Assembly (NCBI GenBank): GCA_051294905.1
Contig: CM119371.1
Coordinates: 10,790,001 to 10,854,000, forward strand
Length of the DNA stretch: 64,000 nt
Direction: 5' to 3'
DNA from: Botryllus schlosseri
Lineage: Eukaryota
The notes under the pieces are model-generated. The model saw only the letters and a program-made list of their open reading frames with translations, was not told where the DNA came from and searched no databases. The translations under genes and the position numbers were made by a program. This document shows, in pieces, positions 1 through 13,960 of the stretch (within the stretch, counting starts at the first letter, position 1; each line of letters opens with the position of its first letter).

Positions 1-1470
1 ACTTACAATCTAGTCAATAAAATACAATCACCTGAATGATGGCCCAAACTTATACAATACTTGAACATACAAATAATGCCAATTAGTACATTATATCCAT
101 GAATCTGGTCGAACTTCAATGCTGATTCAATCATATTACAAGCAACAAAGCGACTAAATTTCAACAAGTGTCTATCAAGACACGAAGGGAAAATCTCCCC
201 AGAGAGGGCACTATTGAACTGTGAGGCTCACAATCATTTGACCATTTTTCGTGTTACAATCCTCAGACGCCGAATACATTGTCCAGTCTGGCCTAGACCT
301 TTAAGGCTTACGCTTATATTCCCTTGCAAGTCCTCGTCGAAATTGTTGGCAAAGCAAAGTAAGATATTGATTTTTTGGGATCATTTTATCATTTTGATTG
401 CCCCAGTTGATACATTTAGCGACGTTTGAAACGTCTATATGTACTTCAGCATTGTGGCATTATGAGATCCGAGTTGTCGCTAGGTATCGTGTTCATTCAG
501 GCTATCACTGCATTTAAATATCGGGTTGGAAGTGGCAATATGACGTCACGTGACGTCATGAGGTTCACGTTAGCGTTCACAGAGAACCCTTCAAAAAGGT
601 TCGCCTTCACACGAACCTTAACCTTTCAGAGGTTCAGACCATCCTTAATCACAATCGAAAAAAATGTGAAATCGGGCGCTAAACCGAGATGGATACCAGA
701 TTAAGAGACCGCAGCTGGTCGCTTCGGCATCCCTCAATCCGTTCATTACATCGCATTCAGTTTTGTATATATCATTTTACATTGTGTGTGTCTTGATCAG
801 TTGAGAATATATATTCTGACGACCATAACCCACCCACATTATCCGGAGAGCAACCTGCACCCAAAGGATAATGGCGATATTGGATTAATTTTTTAAAATT
901 TCAGTAATACAGTCAAATTGTTATTCCTATGCAATACATGGAGAAGTCAGATTACATAATTGCTGTAGATGAAAATTGGCAAGAGTTACAGAGCAGAGGT
1001 AGAGATGATTGAAAATGAAGAGTTTAAATTACAGAAATTATGCTGTGATTCACGCGCACAAGTGTAATTTTAGTCCAGTGGTGCATTCAAGGCCTTCCGA
1101 AGAATATGCACAATGCCCAATAACGTGATCTTTTGGATCATGTTGAATCGAACGTTATCATTATATTCTTTATTCCCAGTAAAAAATTGGTAAATGCACA
1201 CATAATCCGGGGAAATTTTATGATTTATTCAATCTTCAAAATAGTCTCATCGAGTCGCCAGATTAAATTTAACATCGACTTGTCACTGTGTCACCGCTGG
1301 AGTGGATTTAACCAAGTCAAATTTATAGACCCTAATGTGAAATAGCCTAAGGGATAATAGTGCACAAAAGTACAAAGGTAAAATACTCCAAGATGTGGAA
1401 ACCAAATGTAGTGACCAAATTCTTTTAGCAAGCTACTCAATGATTTTTTCCTCGATCCATAATATTAAAG

Positions 1471-4400
1471 GTTCTTTCAACAATTTTCTGTGAGCGCATA
1501 TTATGATTATGAATTTACCGGAAGAATATGCGTCGTCGTTTTCAGAAATGCCAATCACAATAGGTTTGTAGGTGTGGTGTGATTATTTGATTGACATGAT
1601 TTGATATGTAATGTTGTATGTATTTGCTAATTTGCATCTATCTGCTTTTAACGACAGACTAACGGAGATACGTTTCAATTATTCATATCCGTGGATCACT
1701 TGCAGTGCAGAATACTACAACCTAAATCTCATTGATTGCGATGTTTGGTGAGTAGGCTAACGTTTATGAAATCATTTGGCTTAGCCCACTAGATTGGCGA
1801 AATATGGTATCTGAGTTTCTGAAAAAAGGCTCTATTAGAAACCAGTAGGTGATCGGTGAAGAATCGTCAAATGCGGTGGTTCACTAACTGGGAGCGTGAA
1901 AGCATCTGAGCGGGGTCGCAAAGCCGCCCGAGAAAAATCATGTTCATGGCACTCGGAATAAGTTTCATTTGCACTGAAACTTTCAAGTTTAAGCGACGGC
2001 AATACAACGTAATTTCGGTGTTTCGGTGCTGGACCAGTCAATTGCGTCATGGCAGTCATACTATAAATTCCTAACATACTCCCGTAGGTTTGTAATCTGT
2101 AGCAGTGCCCTTCATCCTTTTTCGTCGTGTGGTAGATCCTTTTGATGTTTACTCAAAACTGGTCCACCGAATACCACATTTTACACCGATTTCGTAGGTG
2201 TAAAATCCACAGGTGGTCAAAGTAGTCAAGAATGCTACTCAAGTAGAAGTCAAAGTAGCGACGGAAAAATCTATTCCATTAGCAACCTATAACTACTTGA
2301 AGTTGAATTAGAATTCACTGACTTTAAATCTACTCAAATAAGTAAGTAGCTGTGAAAACGATCGTAATTCGCTGGCATGGATTTTTAAAAGCTGCAAGTT
2401 GAGCTATGCGAAAAGTGCAGACCTTGCATTATATTCATGCATACCAGGAGGTATCCAATTTTCGACAGTATAAGCATTCGTCCACATCATGTGAAGAAAA
2501 TGATAGTTTTGATGTGGAAATGCGATATTAATCCTCTGTTTGCTCGAACAGCCCGTTTTAGAAAATATCATGGTATGGCGCCCCCACCCCCATATTATAA
2601 GGCCCTTGCTGATTTAGTCGAAGAGCAATACGGAGAAGTTTTATCGGATTCGGTGTAAACACTCTGCGTAATTAGTAAACGGTAATTAATAATATGGTGG
2701 ATCGTAAAAATACCATATTGTGTAGCTTTATTTCCGGAAATTAAAGGCATTACAACATTTTCTTTTGTACTTCAACATGCATGTTCTGCTGACAAAAGAA
2801 CTGAAACTAACTAGAACTCAAAGTTTAATACTGGGATTTGAAAGAGAAATACAAATACTACTACTAAAAGCGGAAAATTTTTTCATGACTTTAGTCCGGA
2901 AGGTTTCGAAGTTGATATGCTAAAACTGGTCTAAAGCTAAAAAAAAGTCCAGTTTTCCTGATTGGGACACGCCATGCACTGCTAGATTACGATATAAGTA
3001 AATGCTAGATTGTGAAACATCAGATTCAAACGTTTCGATAGGCCGTATATACTGTGATGAAATAGTTCATATGGGTGACAATGCGGTGTGAATGAAACCA
3101 CGCAGCCCGCTACCTAAATTATATTCACCGATACCTTCATGAAATCATACTGGTCACTCAATATTCATTGTGCGAGAAGCGCGATGAAAATCTGGGCTTT
3201 ACTCAACATTTATGAAATTTAAATGTTAATACTCCAGGAAAACAGCCCCGAAATTCCCCAGGCTATCGTGCTGAGGGGGGGGGGGGGATTAAACTACTTC
3301 TACTTTACAAACTGAAAGTACCCAAATAGCGGAAAACTACTTGAGTACTTCAAAGTAGAAGTACTTCGTTATTGACCACCTCTGGAAAAATCTGTTTGCT
3401 ATCTACGGTCACATTCCGGAGGAGAGTCATCATGTTCCAACAGGACGACAAATACCATGTTAAATTGATTATACTGGAAGCATTTTTTCAACTGAAAATC
3501 GGCTCTTGATTCACGAAACGCCCCGTTTCGCTTCCACGTTTCCACTTCCATTAAAATGGATGAGTTATGGCTGTCTCTTCCAAATTCTATGTTATATTTT
3601 TAGGTACGACTGCACCAAAGTACCCTATCAAAACGTATCGATGATTAAGGAATGCAAAAATGAGGTAAATGTAGTGACATGGTGAATGGAAATATGCGCT
3701 TCCATTGCATAGTTAAATTGAAAATACGCACTAATCTTTGTTGGCATCGTTAAGATATATGCATGAACGAAGACCGCAGAATTTTGGTGATTGTCATGAT
3801 CGAATTTCTTGTCGGACCGACTTCTAAAATCACAGAATTACTGTTTTGTTAGTTACTGTAATATAACACCGTCAGGTCTTTTCATTAAATATAATGAAAT
3901 TAATGTATTCACTTTTACATATATTTATAGGTTACCGACTCTTCCGGTGAATATGTTACTGTCCCGTGCAATTGCACCTATTTCCAATGTGACGACGATA
4001 TCGGTGAGAAGTATATTCATGGAAGAGCGGTAAGGAATAATTTTCTTTGGTCAGATCAGAATGAAATAATACAAAGTAAATTATTGCATATTTTCAGTAA
4101 TTGACAGTGATATCATCGACAGTGATGTCATTAACAGAGTCAAAAACTACGACAAACAAACTACTAAATTTTCATATTCATTCCGCTATAGTCGTCAGGT
4201 CTTAAGCATTTTGGAACTAACATGCCTTGGATGGCCGCGCAGTCTTCACTGTTTCATTTTACCTCATTGTAGCAAATAAATCTATAGCAGTGTAGTTGTA
4301 TCGGTACTTCAACCTCTATTTGATGCCTAGTCCAGCATGTGATAAAAGTCACCGTAAATTACCAAAGAACGGGCTTTGTATGGTGGCAACAAAATTGAGA

Positions 4401-7400
4401 TCTTCAGCAGAGAAGAACGCCGCCGCCATAACACTGAAACTTATTGTGGGCCAGGACTATTTATTTACACGCCTGATATAATTCGACCTAATAAATACGT
4501 TTCTCGATTAGAGAATATGAATGCCTAGTCAGAACTAACGGAAAATGTGTAGCCTACTTCAGATATTGTAATAGTCTACGCTACCAATATAGGATCGTAG
4601 AATATATATAAATATCGTACCTTAACAATGATGCAATGAAACAATTTGAGGATAAATCTCTGAAGTCACGTACAGTAAGTTCACATTTTTCGTTTATACT
4701 ATTTTTGGTCTTGCGGGCTCACGCGACTTCTGTTACTGGTAACGACGGCGAAAACGACCAAGACTGTATTATGCATACTAATAACTGAACGCGAGTGACT
4801 TCCGCGATACAATTAATTTATGAATCGGAAAAATATTGATCAGAATTTATAATTTGCTTCGCATTTAAGCAACGTTTGACCTTTCCGAAGTATACACTAC
4901 CAGTGAGACAGGAGTGCTACCAGTTCCAAGGGACTAGGAATCGTCAATGTAGTATTGAACACACATTCTACGTCAGATTACTCGCGACATAATTACAGCC
5001 CGTGGATGAAGTTAATCAGGCATTCAGTGACATTCATTATTGTGGAACCGCAGGCAAGCACGGATTCATATACTCTCAAAAGCTCATGCTATAGCAAATG
5101 TAAATGCGACTGCTCTTTTTTTAAACAAATATATCATGTCCCTGAACAAATTTCACCCTTTCGCTCGCTTTGCTGTTCCAGATTTTGTTATCTTACCTTC
5201 GCAGCAAACCATTTGTGCCAAACTGATCTCGGTATATTTAACTAGTGATAAAACTAAAACAGTGACTAAATGCACTTTTTAACTAGTAACCTCTGATGCG
5301 GTCGGTATAGTGAGTGGTACATGAGCTCAATAAAAATACTCGAAATTGGACGCGAATAGAAAAACTTTGGGAATCAATGATGTAAAGGAGTACTGTTTAC
5401 GCTTGCTAATCTGGTATTCCTCCTAGTATGCATATTATAGTGCGGTGAAAGACTGCTAAAATCATTGATACAGAATTATCGGTATCAATACCAGTGACTA
5501 ATTTCCGCCTTTTAATGAATATCGCCTCCTCAGTCGCTATAGATATGATTGGATTTGTCTTCATATGTTTGGCGAGTTGAAAAAGTACGGTGGGCACAAA
5601 ATCGTTACAGTCAGTTGGTCATAAACCACTTCACATCAACAATATGCATAATTTCGTATCTCATCGTACCCCAAAAAACATCGCTTCAACTTAAGGTGTA
5701 TATAGACCAGGGTTACCAACACGTGGCCCGCGAGGTTACATTTTGATGGCCCGCGATATGGTTTCCGATTTCGGAAATACGCTAAGTAGAGCATTTTGAA
5801 ATGCTGAAACAGATTTCAGTTGTTGTTGCTTCGACACAAGCTATTATTTTCTGTGCCATCACTAATCCGCAAAAGTTGAGAAGGCTTCGGCGATGACAAC
5901 AGCATTCCTAGGGAAAATAGTTTAATGTGAATGCACATAATATCCCGACGTGCAATGACCCAGGCGGGCTGTAACGCTTAGCAAATGGCTTTAGGCTTCC
6001 TCACAGGATCAAGCTTTTGGGGATGATAGTATTTCAGCTAGCACCGTGTATCAATATCTCCAATATCGATTTCTTAGTTGAGGAAAAGCGTCATCAGTAG
6101 GGCAGTTGTTTGTTGCAATAAATTCGTGAGAAAGTTATACTTATTTTTAACAAAATTTTCAACAAAAATTTGCATATCTTCACAAATATTTTTCAATTAG
6201 GCTAATTAGGATATGAGATATTCGAAAGGTTTCGTTGTATATAGCCCAACAGCTTAAGATTTCTAGGCTGTCTGCTTCTTCCCATTCTTCCTCCGCCATT
6301 CAATTGATCATGCATACATTTTTATGTTCTGCATCTTTGAAACGTTCATGACAGCACTTCGCCGTCTGCTCATTCATAGCTGTCTAGCTGCCGTTGACGA
6401 AAAAAGGCTTAGTCAGCCATGACATCAATCTTTATGTTTTCAAGGTATGCGACGGATTCAAGGACTGTAGATCAGGAATAGATGAATGTCAGCCAGGTTG
6501 CATCATTAGTGCATTTTCCGATGAAAAGTCGATGATTAGAAACAAAGGTGTAATGGTGCTTGTATGGATATTCAGTAAGTCTCCGCTCTGAAATTTATGA
6601 ATTATGCCAACGGTTCAACCATTTCGTTCTTTGCGAGCCCCTTATCATCCGCCACGAACCCCGCACCTTTCCTAGAAAAATATCAGTTGATATTCGGATC
6701 AAATATCGTGCAACCGTGATCTGCCTGCTGCGAAAACAAACTGTAGGCTAGCGATAAACTCAAACAAATTTGAATGTTCTGGAAAATAATATCATACTAC
6801 ATGCATATATTGTGGAGACATTTGTTGTTCCTAAGTGAATTGCACAGCTGCATTTGTCGAATTACGTGGCCGTGTCTTGAAACTCCGCGATTTTGATTTG
6901 ACATGAATGGAAGCCGTAAATCTAATTCCACAAGAATAGGTCAGAAGAATTGAATAGTATCTCGTAACTCTTCCGACGACACCTTTCGGTGTATTCGCTA
7001 CATAAACGGAACGAAAATTGAGAACCTTATTGTTCTTTTGGTAAAGTGGTTATGTATATCACGGGTGAAATGGAATTCGTTGCGAGTTCTCAATCCCTTT
7101 CGAATAGATCAGGAAAAAAATTCAGGACATTTATATTTTAAACGACTGTTTACTAATTTGCCGAGGCTGACCACTCCTAATCTAATGAGAAGTTACTAAT
7201 GTAAACAATGAGTAAATACCCCGATAATCCGTTCTGTTTCAACTTTTTAATTTTCCCAAAATCCCAAAAGCACATCTCTAAACAGCAATAGGCTTGTATC
7301 GGTAGGCCTACCTATTGGTAATTAAAATAAGTGGGTCTCCAGATGAAAATTACTGATCTATCCATTTTGCAACATATCGTTATTCAGTATCACCAAATCA

Positions 7401-10400
7401 GTTTTCTAAACAAGTGGTTTGAATATTACTTCTACTCGAAAATGAACACTTAGCACAATGACGTGAACTCGGACACGGGTCTTAACAGCAGTTTAACTCG
7501 ACCCTCTGTACCCGACTCAGACTCGGACTTGACACGGGGATGAATTGGAAATGACACGAGTTGAATCGAGTTGAAACTACAAAAGTATGATTGACTTGGG
7601 ACTCGCAACCTTCAGACTTAACTGCAACCCTGATGTAATCTAATCAACGATTTTTCAACATAAGATCTTCCCATGCAAAGGGCTTGCACAATATTACATT
7701 ATCCTGGCAGAAGGGAATAGGGATACAATATGTCCTCTTATATGAGGATTTGTCTACTTTTTTCAAGAAATCAAAAGTGACTTCCGCGGACGCACAAATG
7801 TCCTCTTTTATCAAATAGTGTCGTCTTTTTCGAGAAAAATTGTTAAATAGATGTGAAAATTGGTTTGGCAGGGTTGGCTAAGTAAACTACGAAAGTACGC
7901 CCCAATAGGTCTTTCGGGAGTTTTCCGGAAAATAACCCGTTTTCTTAGTCAATCCAATAGGATTTTCCAAGTTACATGAATTCTCGTCCGATATTATACA
8001 TTTTGTAACTGGTAAAATGTATCCTCTTTTCGGATCTCAAAATAGAATATGGTAACCGTGCATGATTGGGTATATGATTTTAAACTCGTGAATCGTGGGT
8101 AAGTGAACTATGAACCGGTATATTTCAAATATTTTACTCGAATCAGCATAGCGCCATTATGGAGAAAAATTATTCTGATAATAGTAAAAAGTGAACTAGT
8201 AACAATCTAAAAAATATGTAATATTTGAATAAATATGTATATATGCTGATATCCAATAAAATCCTGGATGGTCACGAGGAAGTTTCATTTGCCTACACCA
8301 AATATCTATTTTACGGATCAACTTGAAGCAATAAATTTTAATGAGCGTTAGGTCCATGTCATCTCTATATCATGATATCATATCCAAATATATCGTTTGC
8401 ATGTTTGAATAGTTTTTACAGGTATAGAATTAAATCTCGAAAACATCGTTTTTCAATTTTCAATACAATCTAGGAAACTGAAGCATAATAAACTTTCGTG
8501 TGCCCAGGGCCGTAACAGCACTTCGTCAGCCCCCCCCCCAGAAAACGTTGGTCTCGGGTCCCCATAGGGTGATAAACCGAACCGGACCCCCCTCCGACTA
8601 TTCGCAGTTTACATTTGGTATACGCTGTTACTTCATTGGGTGTCCGTTTAGTGCAGTGGTTCTTAATCTTTTTTTCCTCCAGCGCCCCCTTTCAAGAATT
8701 ATCTTGCTCCAGCGCCCCCCAACCTCATATTGTAAGGAATGTAATAAAGACAATGAGTAAGAGGGAGGGCCGTAACAGCACTGCGTCAACCCCCCTAAAA
8801 ACGATTGCCTTGCGCACCCATGGCGTGATAAACCAAACTTCTGAAGGCTTTGCCCCTAAGAACCCCGTAGCGTGATTTCGATGGTCAGCAAAGTTTGTGT
8901 GGCCTGGTCGCCCTAGGTACCAAAATTTTCTATAATGCATGAATGAATAGCTGGTAATTACATATATAAGTCGCTATAAACTTTCATTTAAAAGTGTTGG
9001 AGTCTACTATTATTCAGATGAGCAAACCTATTTTATGCAGACAAAAAGATTTCCTCTATAACCTACAAATTTCTCATTAGTGCGTGTTGTTCCGTGCGTG
9101 TAATTGTTTATTTACAAATTGTGCTACTACTATGGTACCGTATGTCCGATGTCCGTATACTTCATAGTTTGTTATTGGTACAATGCGAATTTCATGGTCT
9201 GTGATTTTGATTGTTCTGTCATACTTTGCCTTTTCAGTTTTGCTTTTAAATCTGTTTAAATCCCTTTAGTGTGCCGATAACTCTTGAAAAGAGGCACCCG
9301 AAAAGTCTTCGAGTTTAATAAATGTAGTAATATACTGCTACAATCGATGTTGTATTGAAAGTTATATTCAAGTTCTGTACCACGAACCAGCTATATATGT
9401 CTTTTGTAGGCTATATATAACGAAGTTTCCGGTGTTAATTTATTCTGAATACTCATTAGGGATATGTGACATGTGACATATCATATGTCCTACCACAACA
9501 TCATCTACTGCAAAGCCATTTTTCTCCAGCACCCCCATACCGCCCCCCTTAGCCCAGCGCCCCCATGTCGACCCCTGAGCGTTTCCGCCCCCTTCAAAAT
9601 CGCCAGCGCCCCTTGGGGGGCGCTTGAGGCAAGGTTAAGAACCACTGGTTTAGTGAGTCTGCTTTGCTTGCCTAATCGTGCGAAGCTGGAGAAATTTATA
9701 TAATTCATGACTCAATCGGTCAATATGACACTGTTTATACATTGGGTGTCCGTTTAGTGAGTCATCCTTATATGCTTAATCGCGCGAAGGGCGAGAAATT
9801 TCCATAATTCATGAGTGAATCGGTCAATATGATCGGTATTGCTTCTAAATCGCTATCAATTTTTATCCTATCTCTGCTCCCGTAATCTGATTTACCGGTA
9901 GAGCTGAGTGAGGTGTCTTTGAAACTGTAGAGCTCGTAAATAATGATTAAACATCTTTTGACGGGTGGACTCGTTGGTATGACTTCGTTACATGATGTTA
10001 TTTCGTGACTTCCTGTCCACTATATCAAAAAATAAAGAGTAGCCCAAACGTTCTAAACTAAAAGATCACACGATTTCAAATTGGTATTTCTTCACTGGCA
10101 TCTAATTTTTTCCTGCGGGATGGTATTTGTCTTGTGAGGTTCAGATTACCAAGACAGGAACATTAGGCGCCAGTCATTTAGGCGCCTATGGACAAATAAA
10201 CCTATATATGTATTTCGTATATATAACGAAGTTTTCGGTCACCATAATGGCAGTCCTTTTGTTGCATAATGTTGCAGGAAAAGTTGCATAATGTTGCAAA
10301 AAATACTCTATTATTTATGCTAATTCACCAAAAAAATTTGGGGCCCCCTTCGAGCTCGCCCCCCCCCCCCCAAATTGGGGGGTTTAGGGTGCGGCAGTTA

Positions 10401-13400
10401 CGGCCCTGCGCGTGTCTTCGGTATTTTCCAGGTATTACCGCGATCATTGGATGTACCACAGTAGTTGCTTCAACAATGCATCATATCGTTAAACCCATTG
10501 GACGTGTTAACTCCTCGCATTCAAGCATCAACAAATTACTTATCATGAGTTTATCTATTTCTGATTTACTTGTCGGGGTATGATATTTAAGTCGAATTGT
10601 GCGTGTCAACGGCGTCATCAATTTTGCATTAATAGATATACACCATGTCCATATGTGTGAAGGCCGTTGAGGTGGAAGGGAGATATTGCGACGTTGATAT
10701 TGAATGGAGAGCAAGCACCACGTGTTCCATTTTGGGAGCGTTGCTGATCATCGGTTCTGAGCAATCTGTTTTCACGATGGTTTTGATAACGAAATATCGT
10801 TTGAATGCTGTTGCGAGGTATGGATGAGAATGAAAAGCCTAAAACTATTCATCATTACGGATCAATTTGCAAATAACATGTACAAGCTCAATTATTTGTT
10901 AAGACGGAACTCGGTCAGGATATGTCTTTCTTTTTTCCATATTTTGATCGGAATAAACACTCTTGAAGGAAAGATTGTGTATTCCCATCCAAAAGGTGGT
11001 ACACAAGAACAGAACCTAACATGGAATAATATCGCGGTTATAAATCCTACGTCCTTTTCAACGCGCACTCGTACATGCGAATAAGTCGTACGGCTTCGGA
11101 GATATCTAACTAAATGCGGAGTATATTTATGTCAAGTTTTCATGGCTTCTTTTATTCATAAGTGAATTCGATAATTTCAGACCACTCCACCGACCGACGT
11201 TCAAACGGGCAACATTGGTGGTGTTGATATCCTGGCTTATTTCCATCCTGATAGGATTAACACCATTGATACCTTCTTTCGAAGATTACTTTTTGAAGGA
11301 CGTGTCGTGAGTACATCCATTTCGCAATCATGGAAGGACCGATGTATTATGCTCATGTTGTTAATTTATATTGACTTCTAACAATGGTTACTTGGACGCT
11401 GACTTCTAATGATGGAATTTTAGCTGGGATAAAGGCGTTTGGTAGTATTCAGCTATGTACAGCAGTGGTTCTACGCATTGTTCTTACCGCGTTCCACCTC
11501 AAGGTTCTATGATTTGTTGCGTAGCAACGAATTAACGAAAAACTCAACATTTATTCGACATGTCTATGTGATTATCATGAGCATGGGCTGATAAGCAAAT
11601 AAGTCGACCTGGAAATCTCGAAACTCGAAATCTCGTGAGGTCGACAATGTTGAAATTAGCTGTTTTAGACACTTCCAGTATATCTTACACACGTGTAATT
11701 TACTGGCAGTAACATGAATGCATGTGATAAGTGATACTCTCTAGAAGTCCAAATATCTTTCGAGTCTATTACCCACATACATTAAGTCACTGTAATGCGT
11801 TGGCCAAGTCGACAGTAATGAGTCATTTATATGAGCGACGCCGTAAATACTGAAAATCGTGATGGACAGGTTTAATGACACTGCGATCTTCAAAACAAAG
11901 GTCAATCGGAACGACAAGCATCATCTTATAAACTGGTTACGCTTTCTCAACAACGGCACGATTCATGAACATGGCGACAGGTATAGCCAACCACATTTCC
12001 CGCTCATTTCAGTGCGAAATTACGTCAATGAGGTCAATTGATTACACAGCACGGAATGGGGCAAATTGAGGAGACTGATCTCTCAAATTAATGTACACAG
12101 TCCCATAAAAGCTACCTACGAGTTCGGGTTTTATTCAAGTCACACCGTTTGCCTGCCAACATTCTTTCCCGACCGGAACAAAGACGGATCATGGGTGTAT
12201 TCATTAATTCTTCTGATGCTGAACTTCCTGGCATTTGTCTTCATGCTCCTGTCCTACATCGTATTGTACAGGTAGGGAATTTTATGCATATTTAGGTTGG
12301 CCATATCCCTCACATTTTCGTGAAGCAAACATTAATATATATCCATCGCATCGAGTTTTATACCAAGATCTTTGTATAATAACTGACGCGAGCTGATATA
12401 TTACTGTTTTGGAGAGTTATATCCACTCTGAACTGACATATAGTCAGGAGTAGTGTGGTATGTATGTTTTTCGACCGGAGGGTGCTTCCTACTTATGGAT
12501 CATGTCCATGTCCTGAGACACCTGGACATTGATCGTGGATATTTCTATATATTGTAATAATATTACTCGCATGGCATGTATTCCACAGAAAAGCCACCGA
12601 AAGAAAGATTGTGGCATCGTCAACGACTCCCAGCAAACTGGACAAACGAGATACGGCAATGCAGCGCAAACTTTCCGGGATTCTCGCCACTGATTTCATT
12701 TGTTGGTTTCCAGTCTGCATAATGGGTATTATGCAATTAGGAGGTATAAAAACTCAGAATTTATAATTTTCACATTTTAATACTATATATTTGAACTCCA
12801 GCTAAATCACCTGAAGTGATACTTTTTGATAAGTTTATTTCATGTTAACATCTTGCGCAGAAACTAGGAAAAGTAAATCATCCTATTTAAACTAAAAAAA
12901 TCTCACATCGGGAGTGCGTTCACGTCTTTCGGTTACTCAGCGATCATGTCTTATATCATTATAACTGAGTGTCGGACAGACTTAAACACATCCATTCCGT
13001 GATGACTGACTATTAGAGGCAGACGTTAAGACACCGCAGGCACTCTACATACATGATACTCGGCCTACCACTAAATTTAGTGGATTACTAAATTAGAGGT
13101 AATAGTGCCTTCATGGAGACCTATTTGGGAAGTTGATTACTGCTAAACAGAGGCCGCCACTTTCGAGGCCTGGTTGAAAATCACTGCCGTAAACAGAAAA
13201 TCTCTCTTCCCTACTGAAGACAAATTCATGACTAATAGTATAGTGGGTAATCGCTCATAGCTTGAAAACTCCGTGTCAGACAGGCTTGAACATATTTCCA
13301 GGAATCACGATCCCCTTGGATGCCTATCTCCCGACCGGTCTACTCATCATCCCGATAAACAGCGCGCTGAATCCATTTCTTTACTCTGACCTTCCAGATC

Positions 13401-13630
13401 TGATACTAAGCCGGGGAAGTATATTTATTTCATGGTTGACAGATGCGATACGTAGGTGGAGAAGTAAAGGTCAGCATGCCGCTTTTAAAGTCATCAACCG
13501 TGCTCTAACAAGACAAATTTCGGTCGCAAATTTCGTATTTAGAAAGAACTCCGCACCAGGTCGTACCGCTGGAACTACGGAGCTGAATAGGAGTCGCGCT
13601 GCAGAGATGGGAGGAGCTGACAAGATGTAA
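1471..13630 (+). CDS. LDLa-domain class A GPCR, LGR/RXFP/GRL101-like 7TM without LRRs; 5' end incomplete
   Basis: Phase-consistent GT-AG exons: 1471-1563 (weaker), 1658-1747, 3604-3664, 3931-4029, 6445-6574, 10432-10577, 10636-10817, 11181-11306, 11870-11980, 12050-12271, 12589-12743, 13302-13630. LDLa-like FQCDDDIGEKYIHGRA|VCDGFKDCRSGIDEC; TM2 LSISDLLVGIY; ECL1 WRASTTC; ECL2 FYSSHTVCLP; TM6 ATDFICWFP; TM7 PINSALNPFLY. Confidence 0.9.
2208..3384. mobile_element. Non-autonomous hAT-like element in GPCR intron
   Basis: Ends CACAGGTGGTCAA / TTGACCACCTCTG; flanks gtaaaatc / gaaaaatc (7/8). A related end occurs near 58820-58854. Confidence 0.7.
8505..10408. mobile_element. Non-autonomous hAT element (CAGGGCCGTAAC family)
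   Basis: TIRs CAGGGCCGTAAC / GTTACGGCCCTG; flanks cgtgtgcc / cgcgtgtc. Body recurs at ~18150-18920, ~35200-35760 and 37600-38576. Confidence 0.8.
8654..9647. mobile_element. hAT MITE nested in 8505-10408
   Basis: TIRs CAGTGGTTCTTAA / TTAAGAACCACTG; perfect TSD gtttagtg. Confidence 0.9.
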
Positions 13631-13767
13631 CTTGAAACAAGAAACAACCGTTGACAATTTACAAGAATGTCACAGTATAATGACAAAACACTAACAACTT
13701 TATATCAGAGGTGTTCAACTTTTATGCTATTCACGGCCACAGTTGGATCACTTATATACCCTACGGC

Positions 13768-13960
13768 GAATGTTCCCTCCAAGCTGCGCAAATGCGAAAC
13801 GCGCAGTGCTTTCACGGTATCTGCGCACAGAAAATCTGAGATGCGCACAAAAAATCCGAAGTGATGATATTTTTTCTAGTCGTAACGCACTGTTTTCCAA
13901 GGGTTTGCGCAGTGAGTTGGTGAGTGTGCGCAGACTCGTCAAAAATTAGAGGGAACATTG
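13768..13960. mobile_element. Short hAT-like MITE
   Basis: AATGTTCCCTC / GAGGGAACATTG ends; TSD cctacggc / cctacggt. Related fragments at ~25510-25606 and ~48150-48295. Confidence 0.75.

Noticed and set aside
4511..4612. EYECLVRTNGKCVAYFRYCN, resembling an LDLa start
   Set aside because: No DC..DE half, it runs into a stop, and the flanking exons 4029 and 6445 already join into a complete repeat.
5708..7180. Possible hAT element bracketing GPCR exon 6445-6574
   Set aside because: The ends match poorly and there is no TSD; likely unrelated fragments.
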